Source: Octopus sinensis
Taxonomy: Eukaryota
Reading direction: 5' to 3'
DNA length: 64,000 nt
Assembly (NCBI RefSeq): GCF_006345805.1
Contig: NC_042997.1
Coordinates: forward strand, 620,001 to 684,000
Position 1 is the stretch's first letter; each line of letters begins with the position of its first letter. The notes below the pieces were generated by a model. The model saw only the letters and a list, made by a program, of their open reading frames with translations. It was not told where the DNA came from and did no database searches. Shown one piece after another: positions 26,944-40,273 of the stretch. Made by a program: the position numbers and the translations under genes.

Positions 26944-26971
26944 TGTGTGTGTTGTGTGTGTGTGTGTGTGT

Positions 26972-27034
<63 letters not shown>
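26944..27034. repeat. (TG)n microsatellite
   Basis: Directly visible. Confidence 0.95.
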
Positions 27035-27036
<2 letters not shown>

Positions 27037-27059
27037 CTGTAAGACAGAAATGAAGAGCT

Positions 27060-27179
27060 AAACGGTTTGGCAAGAAGACTTGACAAGGATATTTAATTTA
27101 GCTATATATTAAAGTTTTATAGCTAAATTCACTTATATAACTAAATTAAATGTCCTTGTGAAGTCTTGCCAAACCATTT
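27060..27179. repeat. Fold-back hairpin with ~47-bp arms and a 25-nt loop
   Basis: AAACGGTTTGGCAAG..GACTTGACAAGGATATTTAATTTAGCTATATA versus TATATAACTAAATTAAATGTCCTTGTGAAGTCTTGCCAAACCATTT. Confidence 0.85.
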
Positions 27180-28095
27180 GTCTCTATTTTTGTTTTAATC
27201 TAAGCATACCTGCTCAAAGAGAAGCCACTTCTAGCCCCTTTAGAAAGATAGTCGCGAAATCGCATATTCAACTGCAGTTCATACGGAAATTTTAGTGACA
27301 TACCAAATTGAGCACTCTGAGTGCATAGCTATGAGTCACCTTGACGAAAACTCCTCCTATATTTTATATATATGTATATCTATCTATCGACTTATCTATC
27401 TATATGTCTGTCTGTCTGTATGTATGTATGTACGTGTGGGTGTCAGTATATGTTCATATATATTATAATAGGAATATATACGTACACGCATATATTATGT
27501 AAATATTTGTGTGGGTACTATTAAAGATATTCTAAAACATAAAGCAACATGAATTTTTTACTTTCATTACGTATAGTCATCGCATTTCTGCCTTCTAAAA
27601 CAGTGCTGTAAATTTACTTTACAAGATGTTAACAATATATTTTGAAATATTTGAAGTCATTTTTAAACAAAACAAATTCTGCCAAAACCATTTATGCTTC
27701 GAATGACGCAAATACATTTGACATTTACGACATTTATCATTTTCCCCACTAATTACTATTTTGTTACATCTTCCTAAAAGACACAAATGTTCCAAATTAT
27801 TCATGAAGTAAAACTTTTGTACTTCGTCAGAATGATAGTTACATGATTTTTACAGAGAATATGATCGCTCCAAAAATTCCACTCAAGAAGACTAAGAACA
27901 GAGTATCTAGTAAATTCAGATGTGAAAGTATGAAGCTGTGTACTGTAGACAGCTTACTGAAAGCTGCATCACTATTTTACCGCGCAGCAGTAGCAAACCG
28001 AGAGGTCAGGCAACGTCCCGAATTATTCATCAGAATGTATGATGTCTATTTCAAGAGTATAAGACCGAAGCAGTGGAGGTTGGTGATAGCCGAAC

Positions 28096-28136
<41 letters not shown>

Positions 28137-28226
28137 AAAGATGAAAAGAAGACGAGGAAGAGAGGAGAAGAAGGGGAAGAGAGGAGAAGTAGAAATCGAA
28201 GAGAGAAGTAGAAGAGGAAGAAGTAA

Positions 28227-28227
<1 letters not shown>

Positions 28228-28296
<69 letters not shown>

Positions 28297-28312
28297 TAAT
28301 AATAATAATAAT
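28228..28312. repeat. (AAT)n at the 5' junction of the family 1 copy; preceded by (AGT)n and a GAA-rich tract from 28098
   Basis: Directly visible. Confidence 0.95.
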
Positions 28313-31300
28313 AAACAGCATAAACCTAGCCGATAAACAGCATAAACCTAGCCGTCACTGAACTGATAGCCACTGAATCAAAAAAAAGTGTTATCACTGA
28401 GCTAAATAACCTAATATACGCAGCAGCCACTGCAGCCACAAAAGAAGCTGGATACTCACCCAAAACCGCCCAAACAGGAGTACCACCACCCAAACAAACC
28501 CTGTGGATAAATAACATCCAAAGCAAAATAAAAAAAATTAGAAAAGACCTGTCGATTCTTAATGAAATCAGCAAACAATCAACGCCACTGAGCAACAAAA
28601 AGAGAACAAAAATACTCCGCAAATATAACATCACAGAGAAAGATTTGCCTGAAATAAAAGAAAAGCTGAAGCAAGATATCCTTGCCAAAGCTCAAAGGAT
28701 CCGCCGGTACAAGAAACGCCAACGCTTCTTTGAAGAAAACAAAAAGTTCAACTCCGACCCCAAAAAGTTCTACCAAGAACTGGGCAAAAATAAAATAGAA
28801 GTCACTGCAACACCAACGGCAGAAGAATTGGAAGAATTCTGGGGAGAAATATGGTCGGCGAACGAACCACCAAAAAAAAGGAGTAACAAAATAACAAACT
28901 CGGCATCTGAACAACTTTGGACCCCCATAACAACTGAAGAGGTCACCCAGGCACTGCAAAGACTAAGCAACAGGAAGGCACCTGGGTATGACAAGATCCC
29001 CAACTTCTGGTTGAAATATCTAACAGGAATGCACAAAAAGCTGGCTGAAAACTTTAACAACGTACTAGCAGAGCCAGAGACAATGCCTGAATGGCTCACG
29101 AAGGGGAAGACCATCTTAATTCCCAAATCAAATGAAACAGAAAAACCAGAAAACTACAGACCAATAACCTGCCTCCCTACTATGTCCAAGGCATTTACTG
29201 CAGTGATATCACAAAGGCTGAACAAGCACCTGGACGAAAACAAACTGTTCCCAGAAGAGCAGAAAGGATGCCGCAAAGGCTCATATGGCTGTAAAGATCA
29301 ACTAATGATTAATAAAGCCATAACTGAAGACAGCCACAGAAAGAAGAAAGGCCTCAGTATGGCCTGGATTGACTACAAAAAGGCGTTTGATAGCATCCCC
29401 CACACATGGATCCTCGAAACACTAGCCATTAACAAAGTAGCATCAACAATCATAAAATTCATAGAGCACTCTATGAATAAATGGCAAACAGTCCTACACC
29501 TGCAAACAAAAGAGGGACTCATGAAAACCAAAGACATCCCCATTAGAAGAGGAATATTCCAGGGAGACACGCTCTCTCCACTCCTTTTCTGCTTGGCACT
29601 GTCACCTCTATCTGATATGCTAAATAGAACTGGATGCGGATATAAATGTTACGGCAAAACGATCTGCCACCTTTTATATATGGATGACCTAAAACTATAC
29701 GCTGCAAATGACAAACAGCTGGAAACACTATTAAAGACAGTTCATGGATTTACCAAAGAAATAGATATGAAATTTGGATTAGAAAAATGCGCCAAAGTAA
29801 CCATGAAAAGAGGAAAACTAGTTAAGAGTAACAACATCACACTAGATAAAACCAATGAAATAAGAGAATTAGACCAAAGCCAAACTTACAAATACTTAGG
29901 AATCCATGAACTAGATAAGACACAACACACACAAATGAAAGAGAAAATAAAAACAGAATATTATAGACGAGTTAGATCAATACTAAACACAGAGCTCAAT
30001 GCTAAAAACAAGATAACAGGTATCAACACTTTAGCTGTCCCAGTTATAAGTTACAGCTACAATATCCTTAACTGGACACGAAATGAACTGACCAAAATAG
30101 ATAGGAAAACAAGAAAAATAATGACAGGATCTAGGATGCATCACCCAAAATCTGACATAGAAAGACTATATATACAACGTATAGAAGGTGGTAGAGGCCT
30201 TATACAGCTGGAAAACTACTATAAAGTAACCACCATAGGACTGCAAAAATATCTACTTCAGAAGGAAGGAAAACTGATCCAGATAGCGGCAAAACACGAG
30301 CAAAACAAAAAACTGTTCTCAGTATTTAAGGAAGCTGACAAATACAAACAAGAAATCATACCACCTAATAAACATGAAGAAGAAGAAGAAGTAGAAGAAA
30401 CAACAAAGCTATAAAACAAATGAAATCCAAACTAAAAATAGAAAAGCAACGAACCATGATAAAACGATGGCAAGAAAAGCCCCTTCATGGTAAATACTGG
30501 ACTAAACTAAACGCAAAAGAAATAGACAAAGAAAAATCCCAGCAATGGTTGAGAAGCTCAGGACTCAAAGCAGAAACAGAGGGATTTTTAATTGCAGCAC
30601 AAGACCAAAGCCTCCCCACCAGAAATTACCAAAAACATGTAATGAAAAGAAATATTACAAGTAACTGCAGAATATGTGGAGATGGACAAGAAACAATAAT
30701 CATATTATCTCTAGTTGCCCAGTCCTGGCTAAGAAGGAATATATTCACAGACATGACAGAGTTGGAACCTACATACATTGGAATCTATGCCAACATTATG
30801 GAATAACAACAGAAAAAAGATGGTATAGGCACACACCAGAAAAGGTCACAGAAAACGAGAAAGCAACCATACTCTGGGATATGCCGATACACACAGATAG
30901 AGAAATTAAGGCCAACAGACCAGATATAGTTGTCAGAGATCATGAAGAAAAAAAATGCTTTCTAATTGATGTATCAATACCGGTTGATGACAACGTGTCT
31001 CTAAAAGAAATGGAGAAACTCTCAAAATACAAAGACCTGGAAATAGAGGTAACTATAATGTGGAATCTGAAAACAGAAACAATTCCTATCATAGTAGGTG
31101 CATTAGTCATGATAAAAAAATATTCAGACAAATACATAACAAAAACACCAGAACTTACAAACACATATAACATACAGAAAATTGCACTACTAGGCACTGC
31201 ACATATCCTACGCAGAACACTTTCCATACAATAACCATCAGAGCATCACAACACATCACAGCACATACCCAAGGCACACAGAGCTGTGTTCGGTAGTGAA

Positions 31301-31328
31301 GTGAAAGCACGCTATAAAAATAAAACTA

Positions 31329-31331
<3 letters not shown>
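28311..31331 (+). mobile_element. R4/Dong non-LTR retrotransposon family 1, ~3 kb, 5'-truncated, young copy
   Basis: Single long RT-CCHC-RLE frame plus a 3' UTR ending ..AAAACTACTG(AAT)n; (AAT)n on both sides; related copies at 14472, 62260 and 63518. Confidence 0.95.
28333..31234 (+). pseudogene. Reverse transcriptase / CCHC zinc finger / restriction-like endonuclease polyprotein with two frameshifts
   Basis: Frame open 28333-30414 (PENYRPITCLP, QKGCRKGSYGCKDQL, AWIDYKKAFDSIPH, GIFQGDTLSPLLF, YMDDLK, YKYLG). One-base shifts near 30405 and 30700. CRICGDGQET..H...C, RHD, RPDIVV, LIDVSIP, KLSKY; stop at 31234. No start codon. Confidence 0.9.
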
Positions 31332-31399
<68 letters not shown>

Positions 31400-31470
31400 G
31401 AGAAGAAGAAGAAGAAGAAGAAGAAGAAGAAGAAGAAGAAGAAAAGAAGACGAAGAAGACGAAAAAAAGA
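31332..31470. repeat. (AAT)n tail grading into (AAG)n
   Basis: Directly visible. Confidence 0.95.
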
Positions 31471-34400
31471 AGAAGTGATTTACCATTCAGCATGCCTTTA
31501 AGAAGGAGAAGGGGAAGAAGAAAACAATTAAGAGACACAGTGCGATTAGTTATGATGTGGACAGCCAGAAGACCCGGAACGGAAGTATAGAATGAAACTA
31601 CTTCTATACTGAAAGGGTTTTGGGTATTTCTATGTACGGTGGAGGTAGATATCTTTGAGTCTTTTAAAGATTTGGGTGAAACTTTTGAGGTATCCGAGGA
31701 ATGTGTTTAGTTAAGGTTCGAGGTGTTTAGATAAAAGTCAAGAAATTTTATAAAATGGACTCTCATTACCTGCGGCGATATAGATTTGTTGTAAGCCTGG
31801 GCTAAATGATAGCAAAATGATAACAAAAGCAAGTCAAGAGCTTGCCTTTGTGACAAATGTTTGTTTGGCTAGCGTTAATAATGGTCTCAAGGTGACTAAG
31901 TGTGATTATTGCTTTTGCGTATAGCGTGGTGTCACTAAAATGTCCGATTGCTAATTTGTTGTAAGTTGACTTTAAGTTAAAATTGCAACTTCGTTTCGTC
32001 CTCTTTTCGTTTCCTTCTTTCATTTACTTTATATCTTTTCGGTTTGTTCCGGTATCACACAACGTCTCTTCACACGCACGCACACACACATACACACACT
32101 CACAGATCATGTTTACACATTTGATAATAGATCCTCACTTTCATCATCTATCAGCACCTATAAATACACTTATCATGCATTCATATACTCACAATCGCGT
32201 ACAATAACATGAACGAAACGCGTGCATAAACACATACGTTTGTATCACTATATATATATATATTAATATATAAACCTACTATGTGTGTTTCTAATACATG
32301 AAATGGGTGTGTATTCTTTAAGCTTCTCATTGCTTTTACTAATGTATGATCTATGCATGTGTTTTGATCCTACCTTGTTAAAGCAGAACTATAGATTTCC
32401 TTAGCTAGATTCTAATATTACATCTAAAACTATTCTCAGTCATCTTTCAAAGAGTTCTGCTGAAACCACTTACCTTTCTACTGACGCAGAAACTTTTGAC
32501 ATTTACAGCATTTACTTATCATCTCTCAAATTACTAAGGCAACTCTCCAAAAGTGTAGGTCATTAAATTCTCCCTTCTTCCCTCGCTTTCTCTCTCGTAA
32601 GAACTGAAGAGATGAAATATTCCCGCACGAATGAACGATACTATACTTCTGTGTTGTCGATCATTTCGATAGAATTACCAAGCAATTCCTCATCACAACA
32701 TACCGATGAAATAGGTGTGACAAGTTGGATAATTTAATCTTTAAGTACCCGAGGAGAAGTAAAAACCGGATGCCCATATCTAGAAAATCTTTAACCACAT
32801 ATCTATCTAAACACACACCTGATCTGACACTAAACAAGAGACAATGACAGTACATGTTAACCTAGTATTATTCCATTTATTTCTTGTTTAGTCAGACGCC
32901 CTGATGCTGATTCAGATTGATTTCTTAAATAATAGGCAATATCCAAGGTACACCTTTGCAATGTCTTCGATAGAAATTTTATAATACATTTAAGAGTAAA
33001 ATACTTATAATAAATATTTAGCCTTATCCAAAAATAATTTTATGATTACACTGCCTGAATAAAACTTATATAATGGCTGTGTTATCATTATTATTTATAT
33101 CTTTTTGTGCAAATAAAAGCCAATGAGTATACATTCTGGCTGGTCACATAATTGTTGGCAATGTTTAGTTATCAGTTTTCAATGAATATATTTTATTGTG
33201 TTCATGAAGTCGTCTTCAAAATCACATGATGTGGGCTTGATCCCATTATTCCACAGCATGAGGATTATACCTTGCAACATAGAGGTTTGCTAAATAAAGT
33301 TTGACAACATAAGTAGGAAACTGGAATTAGTGCTGGGTTCTATATTATGGAGACAATGTTTAAGGCCTTGCCTTCATGTGTATGATCGAACGAGCCAGAA
33401 AGAACGAACTATAATAGAGTTAAGCAAATGAAGTGACGAATCAAAATTATTAAGGAATAAAATTTATAATGAAAATGGAAGAAGTATATTGTATGTACGT
33501 TGCTTGAATTAGTGGTAGTAGTGCTGCAAATCACGCTGGCGGCGTGATGTGGAGATTGTCTCGTCCTTGTGGCTGCTGTTTCCTTTGTATATTTCTGTGA
33601 ATGTGTTTTAAATATTTCTATAAAATCTTCGTAAACGACCATCTATTTCAATAATACTTCCTCATGTAGTCTAGAATTTATGGTGATCATACTGCAATAT
33701 AATCATAGTTCGAATGTTAGATATACTTCTTAGAAAAAGGGGTCGTTGCTGAAGCGACTTTCTATATGATGCACGCATACAAATCATGACGGTTTATGAC
33801 TTATATGATGGTAAATGCAAAGACCCATTCGGTCATTCAGTAAAGGAGGGGTTATACTTCCACGCTTAGCATTCATGATAGTTTACGTTCAGTCATATGA
33901 TGGCATATACTGATATATGCGGCTATAAGGTGAGTAGTGAGTTGCATTGCAGAATAAATTTGGTGGCCGGTTAACTTGGTAGAAACCGGTTGAAGTAGGA
34001 TTGGTTTACTGGATTGTCGATATATGTACATAATGTACAAGGAGCAATGAGGTGGGAGTTACATGGAGGATATCTGTGAAAGTTTGTATAGAATATTTTA
34101 ATTCCCTACATATCGTAGTAACTGAATAACGCAATTGATGTAATTTTACAGGAATTGAGAGAACATATCAAAGATACCTAGAAGGGGTGAGCCGGGTATG
34201 TAATATCTAGTCAGACGCAACTTGGTAATTTCCAGAGCAAAAATATGTTTGAAGGATTCAAGTTTGATGATTTTATATGCTGATAATGCCACTTCCAATT
34301 TTCTTAGGGTGCTTGCTGGCTGTATTGTTTTAGCGTTTGATTTAGCGTTTGTTTTAACCTTAGATCTAGGTTATTTCCAGCTTATTCCAATAGTCTTTAG

Positions 34401-34817
34401 CATTGCAAGTTATGTAGAATTGTGTTATTTAAAATTTCTCTCTTATGAAGACTTTAGGTTGTAAGTTTATGGGGACTTACCTACTATTTCTAGCATGCTT
34501 AGTAACCACTTAAAATATTTTATGATGCTTATCCAAACCAATTATTTCTCGTGCAGGTGAAGTCCTACAAAGTATAGATGAGACCAATACATGATGAGCT
34601 GTAGAATTATCATTTATGTGGCAAAGTACTATGTCCTTCAACTGACAAGAGTTGATTATCATCAATAATATCCAAAAACATCTGCCTACGTTTAGTTCTT
34701 GATTAAGAATATTGTTTATTAACCCCTGCAGTTAACACAATGTTACATAGTTCAGTCGTCATAATGTTTGAATTGAGTTATTTTCCCAGCAACAGGATAG
34801 CTTAATTATTTCAATTA

Positions 34818-37014
34818 TACAACGTAACAATTTTCCCCCAAAAAATGTTTATTGTAATTTTTTATTGTTTTTCAATCAATTTTTCTTCTGATCACAAAAA
34901 CGAAATTATTTTTTGGGTATCATCAACAGTTCAAAACTATGTCGACTTTCCATGTTATTATATATTCGGTATTGTTATAATGTTCCGCTACTAAATGTAT
35001 GTCTAATTTTCTCTTTCGGGCCAATTACTAAGTTCTGCTACTTTCAGGATGGCTACTAGAGCATGTAAAAATTCTCCAGATATATTTTGCTATATATTGT
35101 TATTATATTGGAAAAAAGCAGGTACTACATAAGATCGTGAAAGTTGCCAAATTGTGGATAGTGTACAGACTCTAAATCATGGGCCCCACATGTGACATGT
35201 GGAAGCTGTCGATCTAATTTAGAAGGATAGTTAAGACGTACAGGAATGACAATGCCTTTTGCCATTCCAAGGGTATTGAGAGAGCCAAAGAACCATTATG
35301 ATGGCTGTTACTTTTGAATGATCGATGTGATAAAGTAAGAAAAGTAAAATGAAAAGAAGACAAGCTCTTCTGTATCCAGACATACCATCATCCATAGCAC
35401 CTGTCCCACATGATAACAGTTTACGACTACCACCACCACCAGAAAATATTCCATCTGAAGAGTCAGCACGTAGCAGCAGCCAAGAAATGGAGGAAGCTTT
35501 CGTAACAAGAACGACTTCGGAGCCTCACGTTCCAAATCAGAGTGAGCTAGATGATTTAATCAGGGATCTAGGTCTTACTAGGTCAGGAGCTGGACATCTT
35601 TCATCAAGATTGAAGGAATGGAATCTACTGGGAGAAGACTGCAAGACATCTGTGTACCGGAAATGCCATGAAGAATTTGAATTTTACTATGAAAATATTA
35701 ATGATCTGTGTTATTTTAAAGATGTGATTGGTTTGTTTACTGCTATTGGAGTCAAGCATAATTCTGCAGAATAGCGACTGTTCATAGATAGCTCAACACG
35801 AAGCCTCAAAGCAGTGTTACTCCACAATAGAAATAAATATCCTTTTTTGCCTCTTGCACGCTCCATACAGAGGAAAGTAAATTACGATAATGTCAAAGAA
35901 CGTCACGACAAAATAAATTACGCTGAGTTCAAGTGGAATATTTGTGGTGATTTCAAGATGCTTGCCTTCGCGTTTGGCTTGCAAGGGGGATACACAAAGT
36001 ATTCATGCTTCCTTTGCTTATGGGATATCAGAGCTGATGATCATTATTACAAGAGATCACATTGGCCCCCATGAGTGGAACTGCAGACAGGAAAGTTAAA
36101 TGTTCTCAAACAGCCTCTAGTAGATTCCAACAAAATTTTATTACCCCCACTTCATATCAAACTCGGATTGGTAAAACAGTTTGTGAAGGCTTTATACTTT
36201 AGAGGAGAGGCTTTTCAAGAAATTTGTCTTATGTTTCCAAAGCTATCTGAGGCTAAGATCAAGGTTGGCATATTTGTTGGGCCCCAAGTAAGTGCAATGT
36301 TAAAGTCGAAGAAACTGGAAAGAGCGATGACAAAAGTTGAAAACGAAACTTGCTGTGCTTTTCGTGATGTAGTTCGTGGATTCCTAAGACATCACAAGCA
36401 TCCTAATTACAAACAGCTGGTAACAAATCTTATTGAAAACTTCAATAAAATGGGGTGTCATATGTCCTTAAAGGTTCATTTTTTGCACTCTCGCCTAGAT
36501 TTTTCCCCGAAAACTTTATGTCATGTTAGTGAGGAGCATGGTGAGAGATTTCATCAGGACATCGCAACTATGAAAAGAAGACACTAAGGACGATGGGATA
36601 CTGCTATGATGGGAGATTATATATGGTATCTTGTCAGAAGAGATGAAGGTGTACACTCCAGAAAATCTCGATCGTCAAAGCACTTCTCATCTTAAGAAAA
36701 GAGTTATCAAGGCATTTACAGTGCAGAGTTTTATTGTTTCTTTTTGTTCTAACTAATATTATACTTCCTAAATAACTTTCAGTGTATGAAAAAGTACTGA
36801 ATGTTGTGTAATTATCCTTACAATACTAGAATAGATTGAACCAACAATGTGCTGTAGAAAAAAGTTACAAATATAACGAGAAAATATGAAATTAGAAAGA
36901 AATATATAACTATCGATGTTACGTCAAAACGAATGTGATTTTTAAATTTAGTGGCAAAAAATGCATATATGAACATTAAAAAATACAAATAAGCAAAACA
37001 CGTGTTATATTGTA
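34818..37014 (+). mobile_element. Putative full extent of the Chapaev3-like element
   Basis: Weak eroded terminal inverted match: TACAACGTAACA (34818) versus TGTTATATTGTA (37003-37014). Confidence 0.35.
35049..36695 (+). pseudogene. Chapaev3-like (CMC superfamily) DNA transposase pseudogene
   Basis: MATRACKNSPDIFCYI, SW.PHVTCGSC, FAIPRVLREPKNHYDGCYF, ICGDFKML, GYTKYSCFLCLWD, LPPLHIKLGLVKQFVKAL, MSLKVHFLHS, VSEEHGERFHQDI, RWDTAMMGDY; several stops and frameshifts. Superfamily name is from recalled motifs. Confidence 0.8.
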
Positions 37015-39148
37015 TGATTTTTCCCTTCAGAAATATATAATTAATTGCGATGTAAAACGTGGTGATGAAAGTCAATTAAAATCTAGTATTGTTTGTACTG
37101 GATCTCCAAAAGGAATTTTCTATTAACCGTAGATGCAATTTAATATCTGTAGCTCATCATAATGGTCTTATGGACGACCTTAGCTATATCATTAATGAAT
37201 TTCAGTAAAAGGTTCATCACAATTGTGAATATGTAGCATGAAATATCGATATATAGGATGCAATGCAGCGAAAATATATGAAGGGAGTTATTTATTTAAT
37301 CCATAAATCTTACCTATTCAGAAACAAATTTAGTTTCTATGCCCGAAAATGCCTGCAACACTGTTATTCTGCTTCGTTTCTATGTAACTAACATCTAATA
37401 TCTATTTTTCTACCGCAGGGACCTGTAACGTCTCTTAGCTATTGTTGAATGCTTCACCTTAACAATAATGAGAACGAATAATTTCGGCTGGCTTCTGATG
37501 AGACATACATACAATAACACCTTTTCGATCAGAAAATGAACCCTACATACAATATAATTAAATTTAATCGGAGTCTATTTATTTATATTTTGTTCACCAT
37601 ATACACCTTACATTGCACATAAATTACTTCTACTTTTAATTCAATAAAAGTGGGAAGAATAAACTATACGTATGTGCTAATAGAAGGAAAAAAGACATAG
37701 AAAGTTTTAGAAGATGAATGACAGAGTAACACCACATCTATGTGTGTGTGTTGTTTGTGTATTCGCGCGTCTGTGTATTTGTCGTTTGTGTGTAATTCAT
37801 TTCTTACGGTAGTTAAGGAGAGTATTCAGTATCAATAGGGCATTGATAACGTACAGAAAAAGAATTCGAGGTATCGAAACATGGGAGCAGGTTTTAAATT
37901 TCCCAGAAATTTATATTCCACGACGCTCACTACACACAATTGCTCAATACACTTTTATACCACTATTTATTTTTTTTCTGTTTTACTATCAATATTTATT
38001 ACTAATCATATATGTCATATACGCACTCAACTAATGTAACAAGGGGAAAAATCAATTTTTAAAGTAGAAATCCACATACACTTTTGAGGTTGACATGTGG
38101 ACGTGTTTGTAAAGTTGGTTAGACATTGATTGTAAGAAAACTAAGTATTGACATGGCGCTATAGTGTTTCTACATCAGAGAAGACAATCAACAGAAGTGA
38201 CAGATCGGAAATTCTTGTTTCCCCCAAGTGGTTCCCTGATCTTCATGTCACAACTTCATTGAACTGATGAGAACTGAAATGCTACTGGCCTTGTATCATC
38301 TAGATGATGTATGCTATTTTAAATTTCTTTCGAAATTCTGCTTCAAAATTTCATGTAGGCACTGAGATTTATTTATTTACTTATTTACGTTTTTACAACC
38401 AGCAATGAAACGGCTTTATAGTTTCTTAGAAAGGAGAAAGCGCGTGATAGTATTGGTTTCTATTGATTTCTTTATAGGTACTAGGCCAATATTCATAGGG
38501 TAGGGAATGCAGTATAATAATCGATGAATCGCACCATTTAATTACTGGTATTTATTTTATGGAACCGGTTAGCAATAAATACTCATCACTGCTCTGAAAA
38601 ACAATTTTCTACTCTTCGAAACTTACTGAATCCGTTCTTACTCTTTCACTATCTCTCGCTCTTTTCTACATTTCTCTCCCTCACACTCTCTCTGTCACGC
38701 GAAGCTAAATTCTAATCACTGCTCTTCAGAATTATATTCGACACATATAAACCCATTAACAACACTCGTTGTCACCGCTCTTTCTCTCCTAACCACAAAT
38801 ATGCACATAACAATATGCTCGCAAATATATACTCTATCTATTTGATTTTCTTCATGATAGTTTCTCGATATGTCCTCTTAAAAAAAAATCTCTATATAGT
38901 CATTTCAAATGTTTGCTCATAAAATATCGAGAATTTGCACAATTTGCACTATGTATTGACATCATATATATTCTACTTCTCAGTGTTAATACTAAAGATA
39001 AGCATCGGCAAATAATCTTTTAGAAAGCACAATTAAACTCAACGTATCTTAATTGATTTCGACTATAGAAATTCACGTTGTAACATATTCATGATAACTT
39101 GTCATACCATATTACTAATGTTTCATTGCGAAAGAATTGAATTATAGG

Positions 39149-39149
<1 letters not shown>

Positions 39150-39208
<59 letters not shown>

Positions 39209-39219
39209 TATATACATAC

Positions 39220-39260
<41 letters not shown>

Positions 39261-39400
39261 TTATATATATATATAATATATATATATATGTACATATATA
39301 TCGTTCACTTAAATCATTGTAATTTGTATGGGCAATAAACATATGATCCAATACACACACACACACATATATATAGACATATATGCATCCCCCTAATACG

Positions 39401-39444
<44 letters not shown>

Positions 39445-39445
39445 C
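39150..39445. repeat. (TA)n/(CA)n/(TG)n complex
   Basis: Directly visible. Confidence 0.9.
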
Positions 39446-39446
39446 A

Positions 39447-39596
39447 TGGAGGCGCAATGGCCCACTGGTTAGGGCAGAGGACTCGCGGTTTCGATTTCCA
39501 GATCGGCCATTGTGAGTGTTTATTGAGCGAAAACTCCTAATGCTCTACGAGGATCCAGCAGGCGGTGGTGGCATACCCTGCTGTACTCTTTCACTC
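39447..39596 (+). mobile_element. tRNA-derived SINE family C, 5' part only
   Basis: TGGAGGCGCAATGGCCCACTGGTTAGGGCAG..GGTTTCGATTTCC; collinear with 43049-43210. Confidence 0.85.
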
Positions 39597-39610
39597 CTTC
39601 CTCCGCAGGT

Positions 39611-39682
39611 GGGGATAAAGCTCAGTCGTAGAGTATTCGACTGCAGATCGAGAGGTCCCTGGTTCAATCCCGGGTGTCCTCC
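39611..39682 (+). tRNA. tRNA-Cys(GCA), probably a pseudogene
   Basis: 72-nt cloverleaf: GGGGATA/TGTCCTC acceptor stem, TTCGA-CT-GCA-GA-TCGAG anticodon arm (GCA at 39643-39645), GGTTCAATCCC B box. Lesions: A at U8, AGTCGTA instead of AGTGGTA in the D loop, C discriminator. Confidence 0.8.
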
Positions 39683-39699
39683 GTAGAATAAATATTTTA

Positions 39700-39760
39700 T
39701 AGGCACCGGGGTAGCTGTGAAGTAAGTAGCTTGCTTACCAACCACATGGTTCCGGGTTCA
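39700..39760 (+). mobile_element. SINE family B head fragment
   Basis: TAGGCACCGGGGTAGCTGTGAAGTAAGTAGCTTGCTTACCAACCACATGGTTCCGGGTTCAG matches 56817-56880. Confidence 0.8.
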
Positions 39761-40019
39761 GAAAAGTGTTTTTGGCTATAGCCATGAGAGTAGATTTCGT
39801 ATATTGCCCGTCGTATATTGCATTAGATGTACTCTCTGTAATAACCTCTACGTAGGTCAGACGGGCCGCCGATTGGCCGACCAAATCACCAAACATCTAA
39901 GATATGTTCGGCTACACACGAACACCCGTGTCGCCCGTGATTTCAAAATGTAACCACATTTGAATCGTTGGCGATTTTCTTCCCTTCTACTGGACTTTCC
40001 TCTGTTTCCGAATCTATCC

Positions 40020-40161
<142 letters not shown>

Positions 40162-40273
40162 ATGTCTCTCTCTATATATATATGGAGAATTCACAAAAGA
40201 AAGCAAAAGCCGAAGAGAGGTAGTGTAGACAACAAACAGATGTATTAGTTTAACGCGCGGGAAGTGAAAAAGT

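Noticed and set aside
28326-31227. Minus-strand ORFs opposite the LINE (28326, 28579, 28770, 29373, 30940; also 63044 and 16541)
   Set aside because: Antisense shadows of the A-rich LINE coding strand.
32640-33650. Hydrophobic peptide stretches (SGVCLDRY on minus; VSFVYFCECVLNI on plus) suggesting a GPCR or channel pseudogene
   Set aside because: The motifs lie on opposite strands or in inconsistent order, stops are frequent, and nothing coherent could be assembled.
38262-38305. CTGATGA-GAACT-GAAA hammerhead-like core
   Set aside because: No stem I pairing and essentially no stem II.
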